A stretch of 64,000 nucleotides of DNA. Source: Lingula anatina (taxonomy: Eukaryota > Animalia > Brachiopoda). The position numbers and the translations under genes were made by a program. The stretch is from NCBI GenBank assembly GCA_051362555.1, contig CM120640.1, forward strand, positions 6,076,001-6,140,000, given 5' to 3'. Numbering within the stretch: the first letter of the stretch is position 1; each line of letters begins with the position of its first letter. The notes below the pieces were generated by a model, which was not told the origin of the DNA, made no database searches, and saw only the letters and a program-made list of their open reading frames with translations. Shown one piece after another: positions 1 to 14,309 of this stretch.

Positions 1-127
1 ATTAATTTAAATGGTGTATCATTTATTTTTTCCATTTTTATTAAAAATGGCTTAAGGTACATTTGTTTATGTACTTAAGTCATTCCCACACATTATTGTA
101 CATATCTGGTTTTCTGTATTGTTTTAG

Positions 128-3100
128 CTGGAGGATGCAGAATTTGCCACATCAGCAGCTATCAAAGCCAGGAAAGGTATTGAGCTGGAACAGCAGGACC
201 TCCAACAGCAGTTAGAGGACATGACCAGAAATAAGTCAGATGTAAGAATATGATTATTGAGAAAATTATTTCATTATCTCTGAATGCAGTTCATGTAAAA
301 CAAATGTTTTTATGAAGAGATTTGAGAAATTGTAAGGCGGTACCTCTTGTATTTCTACAGCATCATATATTTCTTGATAAGAGTATCATTCAAGTTTTGT
401 ATATTTGATTGCCAGTGTGACACATGCAGTTGCATTTGATACATTAATTTTGTCAAATTGGTGACAGTGTTATTTCTATTTATTTGATAATTATATTTTC
501 TCAGTCACTACACTCAATATTTATTTGCTCAAATCTATATTGACAGCTGGTATAATAAAGGAGTTTGTAACCACTTGTTTGTAGGTATTAATTATGTTCT
601 TAATTCCTGGTTTTCCCAGGCAGAAGACAGGTGCCTTTCACTCTCCAGAGACAAGACTGAGCTACAAACTCAGCTAGAAGACTTGGAAGAAGAAATGAAT
701 GAGTTGATGAGGAAATACAAAAATGTAGTACAGCAGGTAAATTAAGTTAACATGTGACTGATGTAATTATACAGGGTGATAACTACTATAGACTTTTTTC
801 AGTAGGGCTTGAAATAAAAATGTTTGCCTGTGCGTGCATGTGTGTATGGGTCCGTTTTTGTGCTCGGCTTGTATTGTCTGTCATAGAATTAATAATATAT
901 ATAAGGTAACTTGGTTTTGACAGATGCAATGTTTCATATTAGTATGAACATATCTGGAGTCATTAAATTAGTTTCATGTTAATTATAACTCAAAATTCTC
1001 ATTTTATTTTCAGCAATCGGTTGACCAAATAAATCTTACAGAACAATCTACGCGGTTAGAGGAATTGCAGCAAGAAAGAGAAATGCTAAGAGAACAGGTA
1101 ACTGTGTTATATGCTGCAGATGTATGTCTGTGTTAATCTAACCTGGTCAAAACTGGAGTGAGGATTTGGTTTTGTGCATGTTTCTTGTATTAGAAGTAAA
1201 GTATGAGAAACATTGAAAGTGTCTAGTCATTTCTCTATGAGCAAGTATATTCCTTTACTTACTAAGTGTTTTCCGTTGTTTCAGAATTCCTTATTACAAA
1301 GCAAAGTAGAATACTTAGAAACAAACTATGTAGATAAACAAGTGGTGATCCGTCTGGAGTCCAAATGCAGAGAACTGGAATCCAGACTTGACCTGGAGCT
1401 GGCTACAAGGCAAAGACTAGAGGTCAGTGGGAAAGATTTCAAATTCAGTATTCCTATGGAATAATCTGTGATGTAACTAGATAATATAGAATTGTCAGTT
1501 TAAGAATGGTGTCTTATTTTTTTTCCAACAGCTCTTTGGGCAGGTAATGGTGGTGAATTCTGAATTAATACAGATTAAAACAGTTTGCTTATTTAATTCT
1601 AGCAGGAGTTAAAATTTGTGCGTTTCATCTGTATTTTTAAAATGTCAAAAATACAAATATTTTTTCACCACAGGCAAGCACAACTAAGTTGAAAGCCGAT
1701 GTAGAAAAACTTACCACAGAAAAAGACAACCTTCAGGCCAAGGAGCAGGCAGCCCAAGAGAACGCTAAGAGAAGTCAGCGGCAGCTCAGAGATCTGCGGG
1801 AGGAGTTTGGAGACGTGCAGAAACGAGAGTTGGAAGCTAGTCAGAAGAAAACCGAATTAGTAAGTAATGTGGTGGTGGTTGTGAATACATGGAAGAAAAA
1901 TCTGAAATTGGTTTGGTTTCTTATTTACTCGGTGGTTTGAGCTTATGATTTTACCGAAGACATTTCCATGAGGATTCTGAAGAATTTATGTATTGATTTA
2001 CTTTGAATGATTTTACAGGAAGTGAAAGTTGAAAACTTAGAAGCAGACAGTGAGCAGCACCAATCTGATCTGAAACTTGCCTTCAAGAGGATAGCAGACC
2101 TGCAGGCCGCCATAGAAGATGAAATAGACAGTGACAGTGATATCTCAGACAGGTAAGAAACTGATATATATATGTACCAGGTGAGGAAGACACTACTGTT
2201 GAATGTTTTAAGTAATATGGCAAGTGAATAACGTACTACAGTTGTGTCTTGTGTCCTGTGAGTTGTATAAAAGTTGTTAATGCTTTGTCTGTTTAGTCTG
2301 TTGATATTGAAAAAGCTTTGTGGGGTATGGTTTCAGTTTCATGAAAAGGGTAAAAAATTTAATTTAATGATCAAGCTAAGTTGATATTTTTCAATGAAAA
2401 GATTATTTCACATTTTAGTGATGGAGAAGACGATGGTGAAGACTCGGATTCCTCCATAGACATTGACACATTCTTGGTGAACCACCGCCATCAGCCCCTG
2501 AACCGGAGCGGGAGTGGTAGTATAAGCAGCTTGGAGTACACGCCCTCTCATAGGCTGTCTGCGGGCACAGACGGCTCGGATGTAGATGGACACAGTAGGT
2601 ATGGCCGTGAGTTTTACCAGTTTTAGATGTGCACTGCACCTTGACTGCACTTTGATTTGCTGTGACTCCTCAGCATGCACATCTCAACTGTAGAACTGCA
2701 GTGGTCTCTTTGGCTTCTTGGTTTGTAAGTAGACTTCACTGTGTACGCCAGTCTGGGCAGTGGTGACTGTATATAGGGTTTTGTGTTTAGAAAACTAAAA
2801 TTGGGCCATGTCTGTTTTTGGAAAGGGGGAAGGGAGGGGTGTAGTTAGCCTTTTATGGTTAAATCAAATAATTTAGTATTATGGAAGATCTCTTGGTTAG
2901 GAAAAAAGTGTGGAAGCTGAGGGTTTTTTAGAACATTTTAAAGGTCCATGAAAGAAAACAGTCACTTGCCTCACAGGGTTGACGCACACAGATATCTTTT
3001 CTCCTATATTAACTGATATAGATACGCTCATGTTTTTATTATTCTTCTAAAATGTATAGGTTGGGACTTATTTATTTACAATCTCCATGCTTTTTATAAA

Positions 3101-4305
3101 GAACTTTTAAGTGAAATTGCTTATTTTAAAAAGAGACTTCAATCACTATTTTCCTGTAGATATTCTCAGTGTTGTTTAATCTTACTATTTTTATTAATAA
3201 TATTATTATAAGGAATTTTCCCTTTCATCTTGAGCTATTCATGACTAAGTGGTCCTATGGGGTTAAGTTTTTCATCAACTAGTGGGCATATTAAAGTGGT
3301 TGTAGGTAAAAATCCAAAAAACCACTAAATAAAATTTTAATTATGTTAATAATTGACCGTAGCTATTATTATGTCCATAATATTTGATCAGTTAAATTTT
3401 TTTTAAATTTTCCAATATGGTTATTTTCAAATTTCTCCCAAATGTGAACCACTTTTGATGGAATGGCTCTTTTACACTTATAACTTTTATTTTTCCATTT
3501 AGGCTCTTGAAATCATTTGTTTGACCTGTTTCTTTTTTGTTTAAATAATTATCCAGCCTTTTTAACCAGTATGCCCCTTTACTTGTAGAAATGCTTTTTA
3601 ACTCTTTAAGAATTTTTTTCTGAAAAAAATATTAATTTATTTGAATATTCAGATTTATTTATTTCAACAAATATCATCTGTCCAATGATAACTTTCCCGC
3701 TTACATTTTCAGTTACTTAATTTAATTTAATAATAATAATACTTTTTATTAATTTATATTTGAATTTTATTTACCATATAGCATGATGAGTTTGATTTTT
3801 GGATCTTATTAGTTGTGTGACATCCAAGTATTGAAGCATGAAGATTAAAAATGCCCTGAAGTTTTTGTCATGTGTTTATTTTTGAATATCTAAGAAAGGG
3901 TGCTTAGAAATTATTTTTTAACCACAAATGAACAGGCTCCGAGTAGTTCATTAATTTATATAAATACATGATTAAGATATAAAGAATATGATTAATATCT
4001 TATCCTTCCCTATTTCAGACTTGTAGGTCCAAAATGGCTGGAAAGATGAACACTTACCTGACAAACATATATGTTTATATGTGATGTGTTTATGTATAAT
4101 TTTCCACCTTAGGTTCCCCCGTACCAGACACATAGGCTCAAGACTTAGCAGTGAAGAGCCTTCCATAGTCGAGGGAGCAGATGAAGTTGACCACGGCACA
4201 AATGGGGACAGTCAGGACAAAATGGCGGCAATACACAATGGCACAGATGGCGCCACAGACTCTCCTAAAATGACTAAAGTTTATGAACAAGGGCATTTTT
4301 TGTGA
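128..4305 (+). CDS. MYO18A: Unconventional myosin-XVIII (MYO18A-like), C-terminal coiled-coil tail; 5' part lies outside the window
   Basis: Exons 128-241, 620-736, 1014-1097, 1285-1422, 1674-1859, 2019-2152, 2419-2598, 4113-4305, all GT-AG and phase-compatible. Translation [21 protein letters not shown]...[21 protein letters not shown] matches the recalled MYO18A tail ([21 protein letters not shown]...[19 protein letters not shown]). The last two exons are less conserved and less certain. Confidence 0.9.
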
Positions 4306-6606
4306 TATGACATGTCATAGGGAGGGTGATGCCAGTATTCAGAAACAAGTGATATTTATTGGATAGTGTCACATAGTTTGAGAAGATACTTTTTTCTGAA
4401 AGGTTGATTGGATCTGATACTGCTCTGAGCGCTTGTCTGTTAAAGGTTCATGCCATGAATGGTCTTTCTTCTCAGTATAAAAAAGAAAGTAGGCCCGTCA
4501 GTGGAGCCTTAATGTGACAAATGGGTTGCTATTTGTTGCCCTTGCTGAGATTCCCCTGGTCATAGGTGGAACACAGTTGATGTGACACATTCAACAATAA
4601 AAATGTGTTTTATTTAAAATGCAGTTCCCTTCAATACTGCTTTGTTGATCAGCAACATTAATTTTTATTTTATACTTATTGTTAATGGTTTAAGAAGTTG
4701 GGTTGATATTTTCATCAGTAGCAGTTTAACTCAGGCTTTGTCTAATTCTGTCATAAGATAAAGGTGGTGTAATAAAATTATTATTATTATATGATTGCTA
4801 ATAAATTGCTCTTTAAACAAGTCATTACATACATGTATAAGGTTTATTTAATGATACTTAAAAATTACAATGTAGAATTTGTAAATTATTGTCCTTCTAA
4901 TGTAACCTTGCCTTGGCTGTTACAACTGTTTCAGTTTGTTAAAGGTGCTTTTGCTCCAAACATTGAATTTAATTCTCATAACACATAATTGCATATTAAG
5001 TTAAATTGTTCCTAGAGGGAATTATAATGGAAATCTACCATTCCCTGTTGGATACTCTGTGATCGTACAACTCACTTTTCATGTGTTGCTCTAAAATAGG
5101 CTGCATTAACAATTTAGTGTTTGGAACATCTAGGAGTAGATAATAGGCAGGGTGTACAACGTGAGCCTTGGCAGCTTCCATGTTCATTCTTGTTGCCAAC
5201 ATTGCGCTTTGAAGATGTGGAGGACTATCTCCCACACCTTTAGGTCTAGGTTATCTAGGTTTATAGCATCTTCTTCATGCCAATATGTAGATGAACAGGT
5301 ACAGGGTAGTTTACATATGAACTATAAAACTAGTGTCATGGCACTGGAGTAACGAGTAACTGTAGTTACCGTGTGCTTGCTTATTTTTGTTATCATATAT
5401 TTATGTGAAATTATGTATTTCTTGTTGATGATGAATTCTAGCCAAAGGCATGATGTGTACAGTCTTGGCATATTTTACATTAAACTCAATGTGATAAACT
5501 ACAAAAAAGGCGTTTTTTTCTACCTAAAGTAAGAATCGAGACTGTAATTTAATCTGAAGACTTAAATCTTATTTCAAAAACAAAACCAACATTGAAGTGA
5601 ACATTATAATTTTTATTCCATCTTCAGTACTGGATGTCAATGTTGAAAAATAAATATGTAAAAGTTATGGCTAATACTTCTAAAAGTGGGGATCTTGATT
5701 CTGTTACGACATCTATTACTAAGCTGTATATGGAAGGATATAGGAAATACAATGTTATCAAACTTTGTATAATTTATGGTTCAGATTTAATGACACAAAT
5801 ATAACTCAACACTTACTAGATGTAAATGGCATCCATTTCAATTTATCAACCTTCAAAACAAATACTGCTGTAAAATTGTTGAGCAAAATCATCATATTGG
5901 CCAAGATTGCTTCACTATTTCACTCAAGTTCCACAATCTTTAACTGAAAAACCAGTCAATTGACAATTTAAAAAAATTCTTTTAATTTCAATTACACCAG
6001 AAAATCAACCAGAGGCTCTAATTTTAAACCCAACTCCACTACAGAAATTCTGTAATTGTTTCTCTGTAATTTATAAATTTAATGCTGTTGTAATCTATGT
6101 CTTCCTTGGAGGCAAATCTGAGCAAGCATTTGCCCCAGATCACTTTCTATGTAGCATCATGCAAGTGTAAAGAGTTCAAATGAGCACATTATGACACAAA
6201 GGTTAGCAGTAAAAACCTTACATAAACCAAGAGTGGTGGTATGGTGAAGCATTCACAATGAAAATCCCTCTAGGAAGACGATATGCACATGCATAACCAC
6301 TGGAACCCATTCCAAAAAACTCTAAAAAATGGGTCTGATTTTTAGATCAACATTTTCTCCCACTTCATAATATACCTGCAGTAGTTCACTCAAACAGTTT
6401 CAAGTTCTTGTATGGAACAGATCCCTGACCTGGCTTATAGATAGTTAAGAAATTAGCCAAAAAAATCTACATCTTCACATTCTCATAGCTAGTTGAGGAA
6501 TTAGCCAACAGAATCACATGCATGTGCCTTTTTCATTGTTTAACTAATCTTTGACAAGCTCATCTAATGATCAACTAGAGGATTTTTTAAAATCTGTCCA
6601 CAAAGT

Positions 6607-6742
6607 GTAGTTCTATGTTGGTGATAACCAGAAATGTAACCTTTACTATTAAATGATGACGGAAGCCATCTATACTGTAGTTCTATGTTGGTAACCAGAA
6701 ATATAACCTATAGTATCAAAAGATGGCAGAGGCCTTCTATAT
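6607..6742. repeat. Two-copy diverged tandem duplication (~70-bp unit) in the presumed CASTOR 3' UTR
   Basis: tgtagttctatgttggt(ga)taaccagaaat...aagatg...ctata occurs twice head-to-tail. Confidence 0.7.
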
Positions 6743-7452
6743 TTTCAGCACGTGCCAATTCCCAGCTACAGATTATCACATAGCATATCTACTGCCTACG
6801 TGTAATGCTGGTGCCATTCTGACTTCACATTTCTGAGTTACTTGTAATTTAATTTCAGGAAACATAACTTGGTGAGCTTATTCAATCAAATCTGCAATAA
6901 GCAAAGATGGGAAGCTGGTTTTTGTATTTTGTGTAGCACTGATGAGGTGACGAGAATAACTTAATTAAAATCACCACTGCACAGTGTCATTGCTTACCAA
7001 ATAGCTGTCACGAAGCAATATACAACAGATCACTACAGACTGAACATCATGAAACTAAAGTTTGTATATTTTGTTCATTATTTCTGTCCCTTTTAAATAA
7101 AACTAGGAGATTCTGTTTATTTTACTAGCACCAGCTGGCAATAGCTGACTCTTTTAATCTGGTGCAATCTCTTCAAAAAAAAAAAAACCTTTCGCTTAAG
7201 ACATATAATATCGGCATTTCATTTAAAATATTTTAAAAAATCATTGCTCTAAAAAATTTAAACTGCTGTTGCCATGACAACTGAATGAGAAATCTTAAAA
7301 CAAAATGTATGCAAAAAGGCTTTGTATAAATTGGTGGGTTCCATAAAACACAGGACCAGTACCCTTAAGGGTGAACCCCTCAAGAGTTCCACTGTGCACA
7401 GTTTATAACTACTGTAATGCAGTATTACTAGTAACGCAGTAGAAGAGGGCAG

Positions 7453-10400
7453 TCAATCTGAAGGTAAGTCGGCACCGACACGAACTTGTCGACTATGAAG
7501 CAATTCAAGCACCTCTTCTAGTCTGTTTTCTGGCACCTGTAATATGGGTTAAATGGGCTGTTGATGACTGCAGGTTATTTTGATAACATATAACATTACA
7601 AAACAATCCATCCTCATAGGTTATAAGGTCCAGTAAAATTAAAATGAAAAAATATGCAAGAAATTAAAGAACTTCTGGAATAAAAATTAGGCATAAACCC
7701 AATGAAGAAATACAAAATATGACATCATTGTGCACATAACAATTAAATCCTTTTTCACTTTTCCCTCTAAAAAAAGCTGATTTACCTACCAGCATTTGAT
7801 CTGAATAGTAAGTACTAATATAATATTCTGAGATATTTGCATCAGCTATAGGTTCTGACATCTGTGCTGCTATTCCACATTCATCTGCAAATAAATAACA
7901 TCAGAATAACATGGACAGGGGCTATGCTGCCTCACACATGTATTAAATATTAAAGCGGGCAGTATATTAATGTGAAATATTCTTATTACAAGAGGTAATA
8001 TTCTGCTTTGTTTGTGAAGTGTTGGTTAAAGGGAAGGTAAAGCACCCTATCTCAACAAAACATACTTCTACTTACCAAATCCCAAACCTTCTGGTATATC
8101 ACCTATTTTGACCATTCTCCAAAACTCATTATTAATAAACAATGTATTAGGTGGAAATCTGAAAATAGAATGTTAAAAAAGCTGTAAAAGTCAGTCTTAA
8201 AACCCATCAAATAAAAGTATTTCTTTACAAAACAAGAAGATTCCATTTTATGCATCAGTATCTAAAATACAACAACAACAAAGATAAATGATTAAAATTA
8301 CCTTTTCACAATTCTACTTAAAACTTTTTGTTGGATAAGTAAAATAATCCCAATTTCCCCCTGAAATCAATATCCGCTGACACAGCTCTTTGTAGGCGGT
8401 TTCTTTCCTTTTCATTATGAATACTGGGAAATCATTGGAGGCAATTTCCTGTTGACTTATTTATGACCACAAAGTGACTTTCAGCTGATAGATAACTTAC
8501 ACTTAGTATAATTACTATGAATTGGAAGGGCAGTGCAACCTGTATTGAACAAGACTTGAAATTAACATGGCACTAAAATGAAAGGAGTTAAACTTTGGCA
8601 TGTATAGGGTTATTTAGAAATAATATTGTCTGAATCATTAGTTAATTTTTCCTCAAACGTAAAATGTTGGATAGGGGCATCCTCTTTTTCTGATCGGCCT
8701 GTTGTTAATTAGCAATTCTACTAACCTTTGTAAAGTTTGTTCATCCAAAACTATGGACACATCTTTTTCAACCAGAGAGAAGGAGAAAAACTTTTCCTGG
8801 TCTTCAATAAGATCATTACAGCTGAAAGAGCAAAATCATCAGGCATAACACCAAGGTGCTTGCTAAATGAAAAACCATCAATGTTCTTATTACAAGTTGC
8901 TACAAACAAAAATCAATGTGAGAGCCTTTAACGCTTTCATGATTTTTCTCAAAAAAAGACCAGAAAGAATCGATAATATGCAGACATCGGAGTTTTAATC
9001 CATTTCACCAGATTCAAGTTTTCCAATAACGAAAAGGAATTCTACAAAATGAATGATTTCTGCTTGTAATAAATATAGTGAACCAACCTCTCAGAGTAAA
9101 ACATATTCTGTATGAGAGCCACTCCAACTGTATGCAAACTATCAGGATTGATACTTGTGAGCAAAAATCTATTCTTTGGTGTCTTGAATTTGTGGATGAT
9201 AAGTCGATCTGTAGGAAAAAGATAAAGACTTCCTATCAAATAGAAAAAAAAATCTTTTTTGAAAGAAAATTTTCCTTGAAGGGAACATATAGGGTAAGAC
9301 ATAAAAAAAGTCAATATATTTTGCCTAATATTAATTTAATGCTCAGTGTAATAGTCATTTTTTACAGATAAAATTTGTTTTAATTTCATCAAATGTTGTC
9401 ATGTGTATGGTAATAAAATTTTCTGATAATTGTTGTGTATATAGGCAGAATTACCTTTGGCCACATGTTCATGATTACTGACTTGTTCTGGTTTCTCTAC
9501 AAGAACATGTTCTCCATCTACCTGTTTAAATATCTGGACTTTACTGGACATAATTTCTATGACCCTGTCTATGTCTTTTTCTTTGACCTAAATAAAGCAA
9601 AATAAAAAGAGTAAATGGTTACAAATAAAACATTAGTTTTCACTGGCGTGAAACACTCTGCTTAGCCACAAATAAGACTCAAGCATTTTTGCAAGCAAGC
9701 AGATGAATTGTAAAAAAAAAGGATTTCTTTTCTTGACATTAGCCCGGCAACTGTCTACCTGTTTTTGGACTCTTATTTCAACTAAAGATTGCTATTTTTC
9801 AGATTTTCATTACTAAACAATGTGAAACATGAAGAGCTCGTCTCAGTTAAAAATGAGTTTGGACTAGCTATATCAAAATCCTAGCTGAACCCTGACAGCA
9901 ACAGAAAAAAACTTACTGATATCACTTTACATTTAAAGTCAGGATATAAACACTGACCAAAAGGTTGTTCTAAACAAACTTATCATCTATTCATTTCAGT
10001 CAAAGAGAGTATACTTCAAAAGTTATTTTAAATCTTGGATTCTCATGTATATTTTGTAATTCAATTTTGAACAATCACAAAATTGAATCTATTCTGATAC
10101 AAAAATTGCCTCCTTTAGTTTTTCTAAATTCAATGTTCTGTTTGCAAATAATAGAGTTGAGACAGACACAGAGTATACATCATATAAATCAGGCTTTTCA
10201 ATTCCACAATGGGGACAAACTATAAAATTCTAAATTATATTTACACCTTTTTTCACACACTGAATGTCTCACCTAGCACACTTACAGCTGTCCCTTCCTG
10301 CACTACTCACTATGCTTTATAGAAACACACATATAATATTCACATATCCTGTTAAGTGCCACCTTTACAGAATTCTCAAAATCTAAAAGTCAATGCAAAT

Positions 10401-13400
10401 CCCATTCATTGTTATCAACAGCGAAGAAAAAAAATTCTGACCCCGCTTTCCATCAGTAAAGAACTTTCAGACCATCTAATTGCTTTCTTTGTAAACATTC
10501 CAATAACATCATAACCCATTTAAAGCCAAGCTACACATTTAACATGCAGCATGCAAACAAATGACACCGTTCAATATAAAAAACCCTGTTATCAAACTCA
10601 AACATTGTGACATCACCAATTATAAATAACATATCTGATCGATATGCAGATATAATGGAGGTAAAAATAACCCACACAAAGCAAACATACCAAAATAAAG
10701 TCTGACTGATATGTAGACAGACAGTAGATAGGGACACTGCCATCAGCCAATGGGACGATGAGAGATTTGGCAATGTTGGTGATGCCCATGGTAACCATTG
10801 AGGTTCCTGGCCCAAATGACACAGTCAACGCCAACCACACATTGCCGTCTGTCTCGATGTGCTCTCTACTGCTTGACAAACCTACAAGTAGTAATCACCA
10901 TTAGTTACACAGCAAATTGGAAACACAGATATGAAAAAAATAGTGTACCATTTTCAATTTCTTAATACAACAGTCTCTTAAAGTTTATAAAGATTATTAC
11001 ACATCTATTTTTTAATCTATTACAGGTATTTCGTTAGTCACTGACAGACAGTAAATTCAGAAATAGATTAAGAAATTTTGTGTTTTTGTTGCTAGAATGT
11101 TATTCATTCAATTCAAGAACAAGTGGTATCTTAAACCTTTCAAAAGCGTTGAAAAACTCTACACAAAAGCTAATTTCTTTAACATAACTTTACATCAAAA
11201 AGTTTTGAAAAGTAACCTAAATAGAATACAACCTGCTTCACATCTAACAATAGAAAATGATGACTCATGGACTTGCAAAAAATAACTGATTAACTGCAGA
11301 TGGTTTGTGTTAAAAACTTTGCATGTTGCTAATGAGAGTGATAATGGCTGCTGGCATGTAATGAAACAAGGTGTGCTTCATGGTGACTGAAGGAGTATAT
11401 TTATGTAATAAAATTGAATTTACTCTGATATCCAGCATCATCTACCACCAGAGTGAAGTCATCACAGGTCTCAGTGAAACTAAAAAACTGGCAGCTGAAA
11501 AAAAAAAAAAAGAGAACATATATATTGTGTATGCAGGTCTGGCTAGAAAACAAACAATGTGATTTATCAACAGTACAATGACAGGTACACTGGAACATTT
11601 CACAGTCCATATACTGGACAATAAACCATAACTCAGGCACTGGGCGCATTCAAGACTGTTTCAACATATAATGATTTAGTTTAAACTTGATGAGGACGAC
11701 ATTTCATGGCACTGACCCCAGTCAAACAGTTAACTGCTCAGCTCAAAAACCTGTTCTTGTGTTTTACTAAGGGATAACATAGTTCCCTAGCATGACAGAC
11801 AGTTACTTGCAATCAAACCATCATCATCCCCGAGTTGATCTACAATTGGCTTTACAGAACAGTGCTGAATCAGAACACAAGAGAGCCACCTCAGCTCTCA
11901 AATTGTCAAAGACACTCACAGCTGTTTGATCTGAAGTGACAAATTACAACAGTCCTATAAAAACAAGATGCAAGATTGCTTTTAACCTTGATGAAATGTG
12001 TTTCTCTTTGAAGTCTCACTCACCAAAAAACACCTGTTGCTCTTATGATGTACTAGAAAAGTACCCATCCAAAGGACAAGTAGGGCTCTGAGATAGTTTG
12101 GGCAATGAAATTGTAGAACACACAGTTTTGAAGGGTTTTAAGTACACGCATTGTAGAAAAATGCATTGGTTTTTACAGTATTACAAAAAAATAGTACCTT
12201 GAATTTTACATTTACAATACCGCTTTGTTCACAACATTGCAGGTGGAAGAATTGGTAGAGTAGATTTTCAATCTATCTTTATCGCCAACACACGACAGTG
12301 CAACATACAGCCTGTCGTGCAGCAAAAAGTTCTCATCCGTTTTCTGGTTATACCCTCCCACTTTCATTCAGAGTGGAAAATAACTTTTATGGAAATAATT
12401 TGAATGATGTCATTAATTCACTTTTCCACATTTATTATATGGCACACACATATTTGTTCTTTAAGTGTATATAAAGATAGTTTAAAGCACAAAATGTCAA
12501 ACTTTTGGAGGTAAATTTTGAAAAATGCTCCAAATCCTCAGGGCACCCTCCCCCTCCCAAAAAAAGAGCTACTTTTCATTGAAAAATACAGTCTCATCAG
12601 ATAAAGCTGACTAAATTTTTTTGTAAAACAGGGTTTCTAATTTAACTATATAGAAAGTCTTTGTCATATCTGAATAATACATCAGAATTTCAGATTTTTT
12701 TTTTTAAAGAAAATAAAGGCCTTTGCATTTGTATGAACAACCTCCGTGTTTCTCTTTAGGGTGCCGCCATATTGGATATTTCACAGGCTGCATTTATGTG
12801 ACTGGCAAAATACAATGTTCTATTTTAAACAGCTTCGAAATCTAAGTAGACTGTCAGACAGTCATACAACAATGTGTCAGTTTAGTCCTTCCGCCAGCCA
12901 AATGTGCAGGTGCTCAACAAAATATCATCAGAATGTGACGAAATCACCCTGAGCTTCAGAGCTTGAAACAAACCTCTAAACTATAGCATAATCCTTGCCA
13001 TTTCAAGCAACCACTCTACATTATATACCCCTGTTGTTTCAAGTAACAAGAAACGGCAAGGGTATGCTATAGTGTATAGGTTGCTTTCAACTGATCTCTG
13101 AAGTTCAGGGTGCGTGAAGTAGACTACGTTACACCACGGCACCTACTATATATGCCCTCCATGCTTCAGAACTAAAAATAGTTGATATGCTTAATTTCTT
13201 TCAAAAAAATTTTTTGACAGGGGGGAGGAGGCCGGATGACTGTAAATACTTTTTTACACTTTGTTTCTTTTTCCAAAATTTTGAGGAAATGTACAATTAT
13301 AAAATAAGGCTGGAAGTAAAGGTTGAGCTCTACTATGTTCCAAGTTCTAATCTATATTCATACATCACTATTCATTTGTCTTGAATGCCTATATATAGTA

Positions 13401-14309
13401 AATTATCAACAAATAAATTATGGGCCATAATGGTTCATAAATTATGATGTCTTGACCAAAATCCAGATTACATATCATAATACCTTGGCACAGAAGAGGA
13501 AAAGAACTCATTTTTTTGCAAGCACCTCCTTTAAAATAAAGTTGCTCCATTAATATAAACCATCTTGGGGAAACTCAGAAAAAACATCTTGCATTATCTC
13601 TGCACTTGGGGAGCTCAGCACTAAGTACATAAGATGCTGGTAAGCACAAAATCAATTGTTATTCTGAAGGATGCAAACATATCATGCCCAGCCTATGTAC
13701 TGAGAGCTTAACTACCAAGGGTCCACTTAGGTTAAATCTCTCCTGGCTACAGATAATAGATAAGTAAATGTAACCAGAGAAATGTCTATCAATACGCTGG
13801 TTTCAGTTTCACCTCCAGCTATCAGCAGGGGTCTAGAGACACATACTGGGCTAGAGGGGTCTCTGAAGATGTACTCCACTGAAGTGAGTTATATATAATC
13901 AACATGATGAATGCAGTCTGCAACAGTTCTCTCTGCAGGCATTCTCTCAAAGAAAATGTTGATTCCAGAATGAGGTATTTTTTTCTAACCCTGTATTTAG
14001 AAACATACTATTGAAACCTATATATTTCAGATGAATATGAAAAAAACATGCATATCAAAAAGATTAAGAGGCATGTAATCCACCAAAACACTTACTGGCA
14101 AAAACAATTTTCATGTGACCATATCAGCACGCATGATAAATCATAACAAGATGAGCATTATCTTTTAAAATTTAATGGAGTTAAAAAAAGAATACTCACC
14201 CAGTGAAGTTGAGCAGGGATAATTTAATAAGAGAGTGGGTGAATGCAGGTATTGATCGCTTGGCTATGGAACAAATGTGAAGTTTGTGATCCAACACAGT
14301 AAGTTCCAT
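7453..14309 (-). CDS. CASTOR: CASTOR/GATSL family protein (cytosolic arginine sensor for mTORC1 homolog, four ACT domains), 327 aa
   Basis: Exons in transcript order: 14309-14200, 11494-11424, 10881-10691, 9587-9455, 9208-9088, 8821-8726, 8158-8076, 7884-7790, 7536-7453 (984 nt). Motifs MELTVLDHKLHICSIAK, CQFFSFTETCDDFTLVVD, LSTYQSDFILV, FFSFSLVE, WRMVKIG and GFDECGIAAQMSEPIA..YYIST..D align with recalled human CASTOR1/2. The ORF track misses most of it because the exons are short. Confidence 0.95.
12945..13112. mobile_element. Degenerate foldback MITE, same family as 31415-31544, in a CASTOR intron
   Basis: Ends CACCCTGAGCTTCAGAG / CTCTGAAGTTCAGGGTG with further inverted similarity (ctatagcata..ccttgcc / ggcaagggtatgctatag). 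No TSD preserved. Confidence 0.75.

Noticed and set aside
2627-2730. Possible extra MYO18 exon or hairpin (GATGTGCA...TGCACATC, donor GTAAGT at ~2725)
   Set aside because: Only an 8-bp stem, no recognisable peptide, and the main model splices in phase without it.
8300-8545. Splice-site-like segments inside a CASTOR intron
   Set aside because: Translations have no CASTOR similarity, and the 8726->8158 junction already gives a complete colinear protein.
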